Shown here: in pieces, positions 1 through 14,838 of the stretch
Layout of the letters: each line of letters opens with the position of its first letter
Position numbering within the stretch: the stretch's first letter is position 1
Assembly: GCA_902624495.1 (NCBI GenBank)
Contig: CACNYH010000002.1
Coordinates: forward strand, 8,349 to 72,348
Direction: 5' to 3'
DNA from: an uncultured Pelagibacteraceae bacterium
GTDB lineage: Bacteria > Pseudomonadota > Alphaproteobacteria > Pelagibacterales > Pelagibacteraceae
DNA length: 64,000 bases
Translations under genes and position numbers: made by a program
Notes under the pieces: model-generated
The model's database searches: none
What the model was told of the DNA's origin: nothing
What the model saw: the letters and a program-made list of their open reading frames with translations, nothing else

Positions 1-347
1 GAGATGTACAGGCTGCTAGAGCAGATAGAGAAAGATCTAAAAACGAAGCAGAAGCTTATGCTAACGATGTAATTCCAAGAGCACGAGGTGAAGCAGAGCA
101 AGTTTTACAACAGGCAGAAGCTTACAAAAAAGAAGTAGTAGCAAAAGCTGAGGGTGAAGCAAGCAGATTTTTAGCAATCTATAATGAGTATAAAAATGCA
201 AAACAAGTTACACAAGAAAGAATGTATTTGGAAACAATGGAAAAAGTTTTAGCTGATATTGATAAAGTAATTATTGATAAAGAATCAGGTTCAGGTGTAG
301 TTCCTTACTTACCTTTGCCGGAATTAAAAAAAGGGAGTAACAATTAA
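1..347 (+). CDS. hflK: FtsH protease regulator HflK, 3' part (truncated by window start)
   Basis: Frame from nt 3 reads DVQAARADRERSKNEAEAYANDVIPRARGEA...RMYLETMEKV...GVVPYLPLPEL; stop TAA 345-347 overlaps the hflC ATG. Confidence 0.93.
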   Translation, partial: DVQAARADRERSKNEAEAYANDVIPRARGEAEQVLQQAEAYKKEVVAKAEGEASRFLAIYNEYKNAKQVTQERMYLETMEKVLADIDKVIIDKESGSGVVPYLPLPELKKGSNN

Positions 348-1222
348 TGAGAGGCGTTAAATTTATAGTTCCAGCAATATTATTGGTTGGAGTAGTTATT
401 TTTCAATCATTATTTATTGTACAAGAAATTAGTCAGGCAATAGTTCTGCAATTTGGTGATCCAAAGAAAATCGTTACAAAAGCTGGATTGAATTTTAAAT
501 TACCTTTCATTCAAAACGTAGTTTACTTAGATAAAAGGATTTTAAACTTAGATAACGATCCAGAGGAAGTAATTGCAGCTGACCAAAAAAGATTAATTGT
601 TGACGCTTTTGCAAGATTTAAAATTGTAGATCCATTAAAGTTTTATATTTCAGTCGGAAACGAGAGAGTTGCAAGATCAAGATTATCTACGATAATCAAT
701 TCTAGGATTAGAGGTGTGCTAGGTACACAAGAATTAGCAACTTTACTATCAACTGATAGAGCAAGACAGATGCAAATTATACAGTCACAAGTAAATGAAG
801 AGGCAAAGAATTTTGGAATAAATATTGTAGACGTAAGAATTAAAAGAGCTGACTTACCACCTGCCAATAGTGAAGCAATTTATAAACGAATGCAGACCGA
901 AAGGGAAAGAGAAGCAAAAGAATTTAGAGCACAAGGAGCAGAGATTGCACAAAAAATCAGATCGACAGCGGACAAAGATGTTACTGTAATTTTGGCTCAA
1001 GCAAATAAAAAGTCTGAGATAATGAAAGGTGAAGGAGACGGTCAGAGGAATAAAATATTCGCAAATGCCTTTGGTAGAGATCCACAATTTTTTGCATTCT
1101 ACAGAGCTATGCAAGCATATGAGAAAGCTTTAATAGGTGGAGAAACTTCACTAGTTTTATCACCAGACAGTGATTTCTTTAAGTTTTTTGGTAAATCAAT
1201 AAAGCCAAATATTAAAAGATAA
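347..1222 (+). CDS. hflC: FtsH protease modulator HflC (SPFH domain)
   Basis: N-terminal TM, SPFH motifs, RMQTEREREA, FFAFYRAMQAY; follows hflK. Confidence 0.96.
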   Translation: MRGVKFIVPAILLVGVVIFQSLFIVQEISQAIVLQFGDPKKIVTKAGLNFKLPFIQNVVYLDKRILNLDNDPEEVIAADQKRLIVDAFARFKIVDPLKFYISVGNERVARSRLSTIINSRIRGVLGTQELATLLSTDRARQMQIIQSQVNEEAKNFGINIVDVRIKRADLPPANSEAIYKRMQTEREREAKEFRAQGAEIAQKIRSTADKDVTVILAQANKKSEIMKGEGDGQRNKIFANAFGRDPQFFAFYRAMQAYEKALIGGETSLVLSPDSDFFKFFGKSIKPNIKR

Positions 1223-1236
1223 TTATAATTAAAATT

Positions 1237-1422
1237 GTGAGCGAGTTTATTATTGCAATTGGCCTAATTTTTTTTGTGGAGGGTCTGTTTTTGGCCATTT
1301 TCCCGTCAAGAATTAAAAGCATATTTGAATTAATTAAGAATACTCCTGAAAATAAACTAAGGTTTTTAGGTGTAGTATTTTTAATTACAGGTTTTTTAAT
1401 AATTTGGTATATAAAAAATTAA
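1237..1422 (+). CDS. DUF2065 (YjeT-like) small membrane protein
   Basis: 61 aa, GLIFFVEGL...LRFLG pattern; usual position after hflKC. Confidence 0.85.
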   Translation: MSEFIIAIGLIFFVEGLFLAIFPSRIKSIFELIKNTPENKLRFLGVVFLITGFLIIWYIKN

Positions 1423-2826
1423 ATGAAATTACTTAATAAAATATTAATCCTTTTTATTATTTTTAATTTTTCTTTTGCAAACTCAAAGCCTGTGCCAGAG
1501 TCTTTTGCAGATTTAGCAGATCAATTAATGCCTTCAGTTGTTAATATTTCAACAACACAAACAGTTAGAACAACTACTAATCAATTTCCTTTTCAGTTTC
1601 CTCCTGGATCACCATTTGGTGAAATGTTTAAAGATTTTGAGAGACCAACAGAGAGAAAAGCATCATCTTTAGGATCTGGGTTTATAATTGATAGGAAAGG
1701 AACAGTTGTTACAAATAATCATGTAATTTCTGGAGCAGATGATATTTTAGTAAGAGTTGGAGATAAAGAATACAAAGCTAAAGTGATAGGCGCTGATCCA
1801 TATATGGACATTGCGGTTTTAAAAATGGAAACTAAAGATCAATTTAAACCAGTCAGTTTTGGAGACTCTGATAAAGCAAGAGTTGGAGATTGGGCAGTTG
1901 CAATTGGAAACCCTTTTGGTCTTGGCGGAACAGTAACAGCAGGAATTATTTCAGCAAGAAACAGAGACATTAATCTGACAAGATATGACGACTTCATACA
2001 AACAGACGCATCTATAAATCAAGGTAATTCTGGTGGACCTTTATTTAATCTTAAAGGCGAGGTAATTGGAATTAACACTGCAATTATTGCACCAGGTCAA
2101 TCAGGTTCTATAGGAATTGGGTTTGCAATTCCAGCTAATGCGGCTTCGAATGTTATCAATCAATTAATAAAATTTGGAGAAACAAAAAGGGGTTGGTTAG
2201 GTGTAAGAATTCAAGAAGTAACAAAAGAAATAGCTGAAGTAGAAAAATTAAAAAAACCTCAAGGCGCTTTAGTTGCAAGCGTTGGAGAGAATAGTCCAGC
2301 CGATAAAGCTGGGATAAAAGCAGGTGACATAATTTTAAATTTTGATGGAAAAAAAATCGATACGATGAGAACGCTTCCAAAAGTAGTTGCCTCAACTGAA
2401 GTTGGTAAAAGCGTGGAGTTAAAAATCTGGAGAAATAAAAGATTAATTTCAAAAAGATTAATTTTAGGAAGACTTGAGTCATCTGAAGAGTTTAAAGAAA
2501 AACAAACTAAAGTTGTAAAAAAAGTTGAAGATATTGAGAAATTAAAAATAGCTGTTAGAGATATTACCAATGAAGATATATCTTCAAGAAATTTAAATAA
2601 AAAGACCTCAGGAGTTGTCATAACAGAGATCTCTAATAGAAGTCCGCTAACTAATCTTTTAAGCGTAAACGATATTATAATCGAAGTCCAAAAGTCACCC
2701 GTAAAGTCATCATCTGATTTAAAAAGATTAGTCGATAATTTTTTTCAAAAAGGAGAAAAAACATTACTTTTGACTGTAATTAATAAAAATAATCAAAGAC
2801 GTTACCTTGGCGTTAAAATTAATTAG
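1423..2826 (+). CDS. degP: Do/DegP/DegQ family periplasmic serine endoprotease with two PDZ domains
   Basis: Signal peptide, TNNHV, DIAVLK, GNSGGPL catalytic motifs, PDZ domains. Confidence 0.93.
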   Translation: MKLLNKILILFIIFNFSFANSKPVPESFADLADQLMPSVVNISTTQTVRTTTNQFPFQFPPGSPFGEMFKDFERPTERKASSLGSGFIIDRKGTVVTNNHVISGADDILVRVGDKEYKAKVIGADPYMDIAVLKMETKDQFKPVSFGDSDKARVGDWAVAIGNPFGLGGTVTAGIISARNRDINLTRYDDFIQTDASINQGNSGGPLFNLKGEVIGINTAIIAPGQSGSIGIGFAIPANAASNVINQLIKFGETKRGWLGVRIQEVTKEIAEVEKLKKPQGALVASVGENSPADKAGIKAGDIILNFDGKKIDTMRTLPKVVASTEVGKSVELKIWRNKRLISKRLILGRLESSEEFKEKQTKVVKKVEDIEKLKIAVRDITNEDISSRNLNKKTSGVVITEISNRSPLTNLLSVNDIIIEVQKSPVKSSSDLKRLVDNFFQKGEKTLLLTVINKNNQRRYLGVKIN

Positions 2827-2828
2827 TC

Positions 2829-3746
2829 TTGTCTAAAAAGTTATTACTCTTAGCAGGTCCCACAGCTTCAGGTAAATCAAATTTAGCAATCAAATTAGCA
2901 AAAAAATTAAACGGTGAGATTATCAATGCAGACAGTATGCAAGTTTTTAAAGAATTTAAAATTTTGTCTTCTAGACCAACGCTAAGTCAAACTAAAAAAG
3001 TAAAACACCACCTATATGGCATTATCTCTGTAAAAAAACATTTTTCAGCAGGTGATTGGCTTAAACAAGCAAAAAAAAAAATTGATAGTTGTGTTAAAAG
3101 AAAAAAAATTCCAATAGTTGTAGGAGGAACTGGTCTTTATTTTAATACAATCATTAAAGGCATAAGTAAAATTCCTGATATCGATTTAAAGACAAGAAAT
3201 ACCGTAAGAAACCTTTACCGAAAACTTGGTTCTAAAGAATTTTATAGCCATCTGCTTGAACTTGATCCTAAAATAAAGGGAAGAATACTTCCGACTGATG
3301 CACAAAGATTACAAAGAGCTTATGAAGTAAAGCTTAAAACAAATAAATCATTATTTGATTGGTTTGCAAATACAAAATCTGAATTTAAAGATTTTGAAAT
3401 AATGAAAATTTTTATTAATACCCCAAGAGAGGTGTTGCTTAAAAAAATTTCTTTAAGAACTCAGCAAATGTTTAGTAATAGATGTATTAATGAGGTAAAA
3501 AAATTCAATAATCTGAAGGTAAAGAAAAGTTTATCTGCAAATAAATTAATCGGCGTCCAAGAAATTAATGATTTTTTAAAGAAATCAATATCACTTGAGC
3601 ATTGCAAAGAACTTATTAATATAAAGACTAGACAATACGCAAAAAGACAAAATACATGGGCTAGAGGCCATATGAAGAATTGGAATAAGCTTTATTCCAA
3701 AAATTTCTCAAATCTTTTAAAAAAATCATTAAAAGTCGTAAGCTAA
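2829..3746 (+). CDS. miaA: tRNA dimethylallyltransferase
   Basis: GPTASGKS P-loop, DSMQV, VGGTGLY, TRQYAKRQ; TTG start. Confidence 0.96.
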   Translation: MSKKLLLLAGPTASGKSNLAIKLAKKLNGEIINADSMQVFKEFKILSSRPTLSQTKKVKHHLYGIISVKKHFSAGDWLKQAKKKIDSCVKRKKIPIVVGGTGLYFNTIIKGISKIPDIDLKTRNTVRNLYRKLGSKEFYSHLLELDPKIKGRILPTDAQRLQRAYEVKLKTNKSLFDWFANTKSEFKDFEIMKIFINTPREVLLKKISLRTQQMFSNRCINEVKKFNNLKVKKSLSANKLIGVQEINDFLKKSISLEHCKELINIKTRQYAKRQNTWARGHMKNWNKLYSKNFSNLLKKSLKVVS

Positions 3747-3749
3747 AAC

Positions 3750-3777
3750 TTGACGCAATTCATTTCTAGGCTAGATT
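3750..3777 (+). promoter_or_regulatory. Putative sigma70 promoter of ilvB (likely leaderless transcript)
   Basis: TTGACG-16 nt-TAGATT, 6 nt before the ATG at 3784. Confidence 0.55.
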
Positions 3778-3783
3778 GTATGT

Positions 3784-5549
3784 ATGCCGAAATTATTGAG
3801 CGGAGCAGAGATTGTATTTAAAGCACTTGAGGATCAAAAAGTAGAATATATTTTTGGTTATCCAGGAGGCGCAGTATTACCAATTTATGATGAGTTAAAA
3901 AATCATAAATCAATTAAACATATTTTAGCAAGACATGAGCAAGGAGCGGGACATTCAGCCGAGGGTTATGCACGATCAAGCGGGAAGCCAGGAGTTTTAT
4001 TAGTAACATCTGGACCCGGAGCTACTAATGCAGTAACTGCTCTTACAGATGCTTACATGGACTCAATTCCTCTTGTTTGTATCTCAGGACAAGTTCCCAC
4101 TCATTTGATCGGAACAGACGCCTTTCAAGAATGTGATACAACTGGAATAACTCGACCATGTACTAAACATAATTGGTTGGTTAAAGATGTAAACGATCTT
4201 TCAAGAATTTTACATTTAGCTTTCGAAGTAGCTACTACAGGAAGACCTGGTCCAGTCTTAGTTGATATTCCAAAAGACATTCAATTTAAAAAAGGTAAAT
4301 ATAAATTTTTTAAGAATACACTTAAAAAAAAACTTAATGGCAAAGCAACTCACAAAATATCTAATTCAGAATTAGATAAATTTATTGATCTTATTAAAAA
4401 ATCATCAAAACCTATTTTTTACACAGGTGGAGGAGTAATAAATTCTGGACCGGAAGCAAGTAAATATTTAAGAGAATTAGTTTCATTAACTGGATTTCCA
4501 ATAACTTCAACCTTACAAGGACTTGGAGCATATCCAGGAGATGATCCACAATTTTTAGGGATGCTAGGCATGCATGGAACTTATGAAGCTAATAATGCTA
4601 TGCATGATTGTGATTTAATGATTAATATAGGTGCGCGGTTTGACGACAGAATCACGGGTAAAGTAGATGAATTTTCACCAGGTTCAAAAAAAATTCACGT
4701 TGATATTGACCCATCTTCAATTGGGAAGAATATAAAAGTTGATTTAGCGATTGTAAGCGATGTGACTACACTTTTGAAATCTTTAATTAAAAGATTTAAA
4801 GAAAAAAATAAAAACTTTGTAAATTCTAATAAACAAAAAACATCTAAATGGTGGGAACAAATTGGAAAATGGAGAGAAAAAAGGTCTCTAAACTTTATCA
4901 ATAGCGATAAGATTATTAAACCCCAACATGCAGTTCAAAGACTATATGAACTAACAAAAAATCAAGACACGTTTATTACTACTGAGGTGGGCCAGCATCA
5001 AATGTGGGCAGCTCAACATTACAAATTTAATAAACCAAATAGATGGATGACGTCTGGAGGTCTTGGAACAATGGGATATGGACTCCCAGCAGCAATCGGT
5101 GTTCAAATTGCAAACCCAGGAAAATTAGTTGTTGATATTGCTGGAGAAGCATCAGTTTTAATGACAATGCAAGAAATGTCTACAGCGGTACAATATAGAT
5201 TACCTATAAAAATATTCATATTGAATAATGAATACATGGGAATGGTAAGACAGTGGCAAGAACTTTTGCACGAAAAAAATTATTCTGAAAGTTACACAGC
5301 TGCATTACCAGATTTTGTAAAGTTAGCAGAGTCATATGGCTGTATTGGTATAAGAGCTAAAACACCAAATGAGCTAGACGAAAAAATTAATGAAATGATT
5401 AGTGTTGATAAACCAGTAATTTTTGACTGTGTTGTAGACAAAGCAGAAAACTGTTTTCCAATGATACCTTCAGGCAAGCCTCATAATCAAATGATTTTAG
5501 GACCTGAGGAAGAAGAAGAAATTTCTGACGAAGGGAAAGTTTTAGTTTA

Positions 5550-5550
<1 letters not shown>
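3784..5550 (+). CDS. ilvB: Acetolactate synthase large subunit (IlvB/IlvI type)
   Basis: FGYPGGAVLP, RHEQGA, TSGPGATN, VGQHQMW, SGGLGTMGYG, MGMVRQWQ. Confidence 0.96.
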
Positions 5551-7120
<1,570 letters not shown>

Positions 7121-7222
7121 CCCAATCTGAGTCCTTATTACTAAGTTAACTAGATAATTATTTGCAAATTCTAGCTTTGATTGTAATATGAGATGCTTTA
7201 AATTTTTAAAAATTATTAAGCT

Positions 7223-9830
<2,608 letters not shown>

Positions 9831-9847
9831 TTTGTTTAAATGAATAG

Positions 9848-10693
9848 ATGTCAGTTAGTAGAGATGATTTTAGTATAGCTTTCCGTTCTGCTCTTCTTCA
9901 AAGAGGAGGGGCTCAGAAATTTTCAGTTCTCTCTTTAATCTTTTTAGCCTTAATCATATTTTTTTTGGATGTTTATGGAGTTAAATTTACTAAACCAGTC
10001 AGAAGTTTTCTAAATGACGTAGTTTATCGTGTAACTTTTTTAGCCTCTACCCCAACAAGATTTTTACCTCAAGTTGGCAAAGACATCTCAAGCTTTTTTA
10101 ATGTAAAAGAGGAAAATGAGAGGTTAAAGTTAGAATTAGAAAAATACAAGTCACTTGAATTAAACGTTGAATTTTTAACAGATGAAAACAAAAACCTACA
10201 AAAAATTTTAGAAACTGAATATTTTAACAAGAATTTAAGTAATATTGTACTAGCAAAAGTCTTAGTCGATAAGAATAGTCCTTTTTTAAAATCTATAATC
10301 ATAAATAAAGGGACTCGCGCGGGTATCTTGAAGGGTATGCCAGTAACTAAAGATAATTATTTAGTCGGAAGAGTTGTCGAAACAAACTATTTATCTTCAA
10401 GAGTTTTACTTTTAAATGATCTGAATAGTAGAATACCCGTAACTTTAAATGAGGGAGCGCAAGCTATATTATCTGGTAGCGGCAAAAATAATCCAATTTT
10501 AGAATACTTGCCTGAGGATTACGAAACTATTGAAGATATAAATGTTTTTGCATCAGGAAAAGATGGGATATTTACATCTGGTACACCCATTGGAATTACA
10601 AACATTGATGGCACAGTTGATCTTTTCATCGATCCAAATCAGCTATCTTTTGTAACGGTTAATTTAAATGTTCAAAATAAAGGAAAATTATAA
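9848..10693 (+). CDS. mreC: Rod shape-determining protein MreC
   Basis: TM, coiled coil, IINKG...GMPV...LVGRV; position after mreB. Confidence 0.93.
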   Translation: MSVSRDDFSIAFRSALLQRGGAQKFSVLSLIFLALIIFFLDVYGVKFTKPVRSFLNDVVYRVTFLASTPTRFLPQVGKDISSFFNVKEENERLKLELEKYKSLELNVEFLTDENKNLQKILETEYFNKNLSNIVLAKVLVDKNSPFLKSIIINKGTRAGILKGMPVTKDNYLVGRVVETNYLSSRVLLLNDLNSRIPVTLNEGAQAILSGSGKNNPILEYLPEDYETIEDINVFASGKDGIFTSGTPIGITNIDGTVDLFIDPNQLSFVTVNLNVQNKGKL

Positions 10694-11205
10694 TGGTTAA
10701 GAGTTCTTTTATAAATAAAATATTTAATGCTGGCCCATTAATTCTTTTATATTATCTATGTATCAGCGAAGTTGACACAAATCTTGAAAAAATGTTTGAA
10801 ATTTTTACGTTAAACTTCCAGATCATCCTCATTTATTTTTGGGTAATAAAAAGACCAGATATTATGGCTAACGGGCATATATTTTTGGCTGGATTAATTA
10901 ATGATGTGGTTATGGGATTCCCTTTAGGTATAAGCTCATTGTCATATTTAATTATAATTTTTGTTGGAACCTATGTAAGAAATAAAAGTGTTAATACTAC
11001 AATTGCCTCAGATTGGTTCACATTCTTTATGGCTATGATTTTTTCTAACATACTTTTCTTTTCACTATTAAATAATTTTTCTGATCTTTCTTTCACTTAT
11101 TCAAAAATAGGATACAATATGTTTTTTACTTTATTTATGTTTCCAATATTTTGGTTGTTGTTTAATATTTACCACATAACTTTTATAGGTAATCGAGATG
11201 CTTAG
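10693..11205 (+). CDS. mreD: Rod shape-determining protein MreD
   Basis: Hydrophobic 170 aa, YFWVIKRPD, GLINDVVMGFPLG; between mreC and mrdA. Confidence 0.88.
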   Translation: MVKSSFINKIFNAGPLILLYYLCISEVDTNLEKMFEIFTLNFQIILIYFWVIKRPDIMANGHIFLAGLINDVVMGFPLGISSLSYLIIIFVGTYVRNKSVNTTIASDWFTFFMAMIFSNILFFSLLNNFSDLSFTYSKIGYNMFFTLFMFPIFWLLFNIYHITFIGNRDA

Positions 11206-13132
11206 CCCAAGTTCTGGAAACACTGTAATCAAGTCAAAACTAATTGGCAGAAGAATGTTTTTACTTACTGCCGCAAAAGCAATAGTAACTTTTGGAATTA
11301 TAGGTAGATTAGTATCTTTACAAATAAATGAGAGATCAAAATATAAAACTTTATCTGACAAAAATAGATTCAGAGAATGGAAATTAGCACCTGAGAGAGG
11401 AGTTATCCGAGATTTTTTTGATAAAGAAATAGCATCCAACCAGCAGGTTTATCAAGTTCATTTAATTCCAGAGAATTCAAAAGATATTGAAAAATTATTT
11501 GTTAGACTTAAAACAATTTTAAATATTACAGAAAAAAAATTATTTTATCTTAGAAGAGTCATTGCTAAGCAAAAACCATGGGAACCAATTATAGTTTCAG
11601 ACAATATAACATGGTCAGAATTTTCCAGATTAAATTTATTCTTACACGAACTCGAGGGGGTAAAACCTATTGTATCGGTAGCAAGAATGTATCCTGATAA
11701 TTCATCCGCTCATATTTTAGGTTATGTTTCTCAGGTAAGCTCTAAAGATCTTCAAACAAAGAAATATTTAAAAGATTTACATGTTCCAGGAATGAGCATT
11801 GGTAAAACCGGTCTTGAGAGAAAATTAGATGAGGAAATTATAGGTAAAATTGGTTTCCAAAGATATGAAGTAAATGCCTATGGAAAAAGAATTAAACAAA
11901 TCTTAATTAATGAAGGCCAGGCAGGAAAAAGTTTCAAAACCACGTTAGACTTTGAGGTTCAAAAATTCACAAGTGAGCTTCTTAAAGACAAAGCGGCTGC
12001 TGTTTGTGTTATGGATGTTTATAATGGAGATATTGTATCTCTTGTTTCTTCTCCAACTTTTGAACCCAACGAGTTCGTTCATGGCTTGGATAAAACTTAT
12101 TGGAACAGTTTAATAAAAAATGAAATGAAACCACTCACAAACAAAACTATTGCTGGATTATATCCGCCTGGATCAACAATAAAGACTCTTGTTGCTTTAA
12201 GTGCTTTAGAGAATGGAGTTATAAAACCACTAGACACTTTTAAATGTGAGGGAAAAATTGAACTTTATGGAGAAAAATTTCACTGTTGGGAAAAAGATGG
12301 CCACGGTTTTGTGAATTTAAGAAAAGGCATTCAAAGATCTTGCGACGTATACTTTTATGAAGTTGCAAGAAAATTAGGTGTAGATAGATTATCTGAGACA
12401 GCAAAAAAATTTGGTCTTGGAAAAAAAGTTCTCAACGGCTTTATTGAAGAGAGGGCAGGTGTTGTACCTAATACCAAGTGGAAGAAAAAATTTATAGGTC
12501 AAAATTGGTATTTAGGTGAAACTTTGCACTCCGGTATCGGTCAAGGATATTTTCAGAGCACTCCTTTACAACTCTGTTTAATGACAGCGCAAATTGCTAA
12601 CGGTGGATTTGAAATAAAACCAAGAATAATCTTTGATAAAAAGAATAACAATTTAAGAGAGTACATCAAATATAAAAATGAAAATCCAAATGACCCACTT
12701 CCAACAGATTTATTAGTATCGAATTTTGAACTTAAACCTCTTTTTAAAAATCAAGAACATATTAATTTAATTAAAGATGCAATGTTTTCTTCATCTAATG
12801 AACCAGGTGGCACATCTTATAGGCATCGATGGGAAGATAAAAAATTTACTTTTGCTGGAAAAACAGGATCATCACAAATAAAAAGATTTACTGAAGCTCA
12901 GCGTGAGGCTGAAGTAAAACAAGAGAGTTTACCTTACAAAGACAGAGATCATGCATTATTTGTTGCTTATGCTCCTTACAATGATCCTAAATACGCAATA
13001 AGTGTTTTAGTAGAGCATGGAGGCTCAGGAGGAAAAACAGCTGCTCCCATTGCTAAAAAAGTAATTAAAAAAGTTCTAGAGCGACACGAGTTAAGAAAGA
13101 GAATTGATAGTTTACTAGGAGAGCAAGTATAA
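11198..13132 (+). CDS. mrdA: Penicillin-binding protein 2
   Basis: YPPGSTIK (SxxK), SCD (SxD), KTG motifs. Confidence 0.96.
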   Translation: MLSPSSGNTVIKSKLIGRRMFLLTAAKAIVTFGIIGRLVSLQINERSKYKTLSDKNRFREWKLAPERGVIRDFFDKEIASNQQVYQVHLIPENSKDIEKLFVRLKTILNITEKKLFYLRRVIAKQKPWEPIIVSDNITWSEFSRLNLFLHELEGVKPIVSVARMYPDNSSAHILGYVSQVSSKDLQTKKYLKDLHVPGMSIGKTGLERKLDEEIIGKIGFQRYEVNAYGKRIKQILINEGQAGKSFKTTLDFEVQKFTSELLKDKAAAVCVMDVYNGDIVSLVSSPTFEPNEFVHGLDKTYWNSLIKNEMKPLTNKTIAGLYPPGSTIKTLVALSALENGVIKPLDTFKCEGKIELYGEKFHCWEKDGHGFVNLRKGIQRSCDVYFYEVARKLGVDRLSETAKKFGLGKKVLNGFIEERAGVVPNTKWKKKFIGQNWYLGETLHSGIGQGYFQSTPLQLCLMTAQIANGGFEIKPRIIFDKKNNNLREYIKYKNENPNDPLPTDLLVSNFELKPLFKNQEHINLIKDAMFSSSNEPGGTSYRHRWEDKKFTFAGKTGSSQIKRFTEAQREAEVKQESLPYKDRDHALFVAYAPYNDPKYAISVLVEHGGSGGKTAAPIAKKVIKKVLERHELRKRIDSLLGEQV

Positions 13133-14256
13133 TGTTTAGAGCTAGATCTATTCAATCGTCATTGAGTATAAAAGATAAAATTCTTTCAATAGATTATATT
13201 TTAGTAATTTCTATATTTATACTTGGACTCACAAGTATATTAGCTATGTACTCCACAGATGGTGGGGAATTAAAATACCATACAAAAAGCCATATTCTTC
13301 GTTTTTTTGTTTTTTTCAGTATGTTTTTAACTCTTTCATTTATTCAAATAAGATTTTGGCATAGCCAAAGTTATTTTATTTATATTTTGTTCTTTATATT
13401 ATTATTAGGAGTTAAATATTTTGGATTAACGTCTTCTGGCTCTAAGAGATGGCTAGACCTTTACTTTATGAATTTACAGCCCTCTGAATTAATGAAAATA
13501 GGTCTTATTTTATTTTTAGCAAAATATTACCACCGTACTTCAATTGAAAATTTAAATCGTGTCAGATATTTATTCTTACCAGTTGTTGTTTTAATTGCTC
13601 CAATAATATTAGTTGCAACTCAGCCAGATTTAGGTACTGCATTACTTATTGCCGCGGGCGGTCTTACTGTTGCGTGGCTTGCTGGTGTAAGAGTAAAATT
13701 TTTTGCTATTTCAGGTCTAGCTTTTTTAGCATTATTACCGATAGCTATTTCTTTTTTAAAACCATATCAAAAATCGAGAATTTTAACTTTTTTAAATCCT
13801 GAAAGAGATCCTTTAGGTGCTGGATATCAAATCATCCAATCCAAAATAGCTATTGGTTCAGGTGGATTGTTTGGAAAAGGTTTTTTACAAGGCTCCCAAA
13901 GTTATTTAGATTATTTACCTGAGAAACATACTGATTTCATATTCACTCTATTTTCTGAGGAATTCGGTTTTTTTGGCTCACTATTTATCCTTTTTTTGTA
14001 TGCGATTATTGTTTGGAGGATCATAAAAATCGGCAATATTACAAGAAGCAATTTTGGTAAACTTTTTTGTTATGGTTTTGGAACTGCTTTTTTTATATAT
14101 GTGGTTGTAAATATGATGATGGTGCTTGGGCTTTTACCGATAGTTGGATCCCCTTTACCGATTATGTCTTACGGAGGTTCTTCAATGATGGCAATAATGC
14201 TCGGATTAGGTATAGTTATGTCATGTAAAGTCTATAAAGACACACCCGTTAATTAG
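13132..14256 (+). CDS. rodA: SEDS glycosyltransferase RodA
   Basis: LQPSELMK, QPDLGT, PEKHTDFIF, SYGGSS. Confidence 0.96.
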   Translation: MFRARSIQSSLSIKDKILSIDYILVISIFILGLTSILAMYSTDGGELKYHTKSHILRFFVFFSMFLTLSFIQIRFWHSQSYFIYILFFILLLGVKYFGLTSSGSKRWLDLYFMNLQPSELMKIGLILFLAKYYHRTSIENLNRVRYLFLPVVVLIAPIILVATQPDLGTALLIAAGGLTVAWLAGVRVKFFAISGLAFLALLPIAISFLKPYQKSRILTFLNPERDPLGAGYQIIQSKIAIGSGGLFGKGFLQGSQSYLDYLPEKHTDFIFTLFSEEFGFFGSLFILFLYAIIVWRIIKIGNITRSNFGKLFCYGFGTAFFIYVVVNMMMVLGLLPIVGSPLPIMSYGGSSMMAIMLGLGIVMSCKVYKDTPVN

Positions 14257-14329
14257 AGAATTTAAACCTAATATGGTCAAATTTGATTTTATTAGGTACT
14301 TGTATATTATATGAATAGGTGGTTAATTT

Positions 14330-14794
14330 ATGAAAAATATTATGTTTGGTGATAAGAAAAAAAAACTAACTGACTCAGAGAGATCGTTAATCAGCGAAAC
14401 AGTAAGTATAGAAGGAACAATCAATAGCTCAGGTGCAATTGATGTTGCCGGTTTAATTAAAGGACCAGTTTTTTCAAAAGAGATAATCATAAGAGAAACA
14501 GGTTCTATCACAGGATCCGTTGAAGGAGATCATGTTGAAATTCATGGTCACTTAGATGGCAAGGTTTCTGGTCAAGACGTGGTAATTGGTTCAACAGGCA
14601 CTGTGAAAGGTGATATAGAATTTGGAAACAATTTAAAAACTGAAAATGGTGCTGACATTGACGGTTACATTAAAAAAACAAATAAATCTAAGTCAACATT
14701 AACTGGTGATTTCTTGTTCAAGAAAAAAGATAAAAAAGAGACTTTAGAAACTGAAGAAAGACCTGAAGTTGTTAATAAAGAAGCCCTAGTCTAA
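14330..14794 (+). CDS. Bactofilin (polymer-forming cytoskeletal protein)
   Basis: Beta-helix repeats ISETVSIEGTI...GSITGSVEG...GTVKGDI...ENGADIDG. Confidence 0.88.
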   Translation: MKNIMFGDKKKKLTDSERSLISETVSIEGTINSSGAIDVAGLIKGPVFSKEIIIRETGSITGSVEGDHVEIHGHLDGKVSGQDVVIGSTGTVKGDIEFGNNLKTENGADIDGYIKKTNKSKSTLTGDFLFKKKDKKETLETEERPEVVNKEALV

Positions 14795-14838
14795 TCTAAC
14801 GCACTTTAATTTCTGTAAGATTTAATTATAATTTCGTA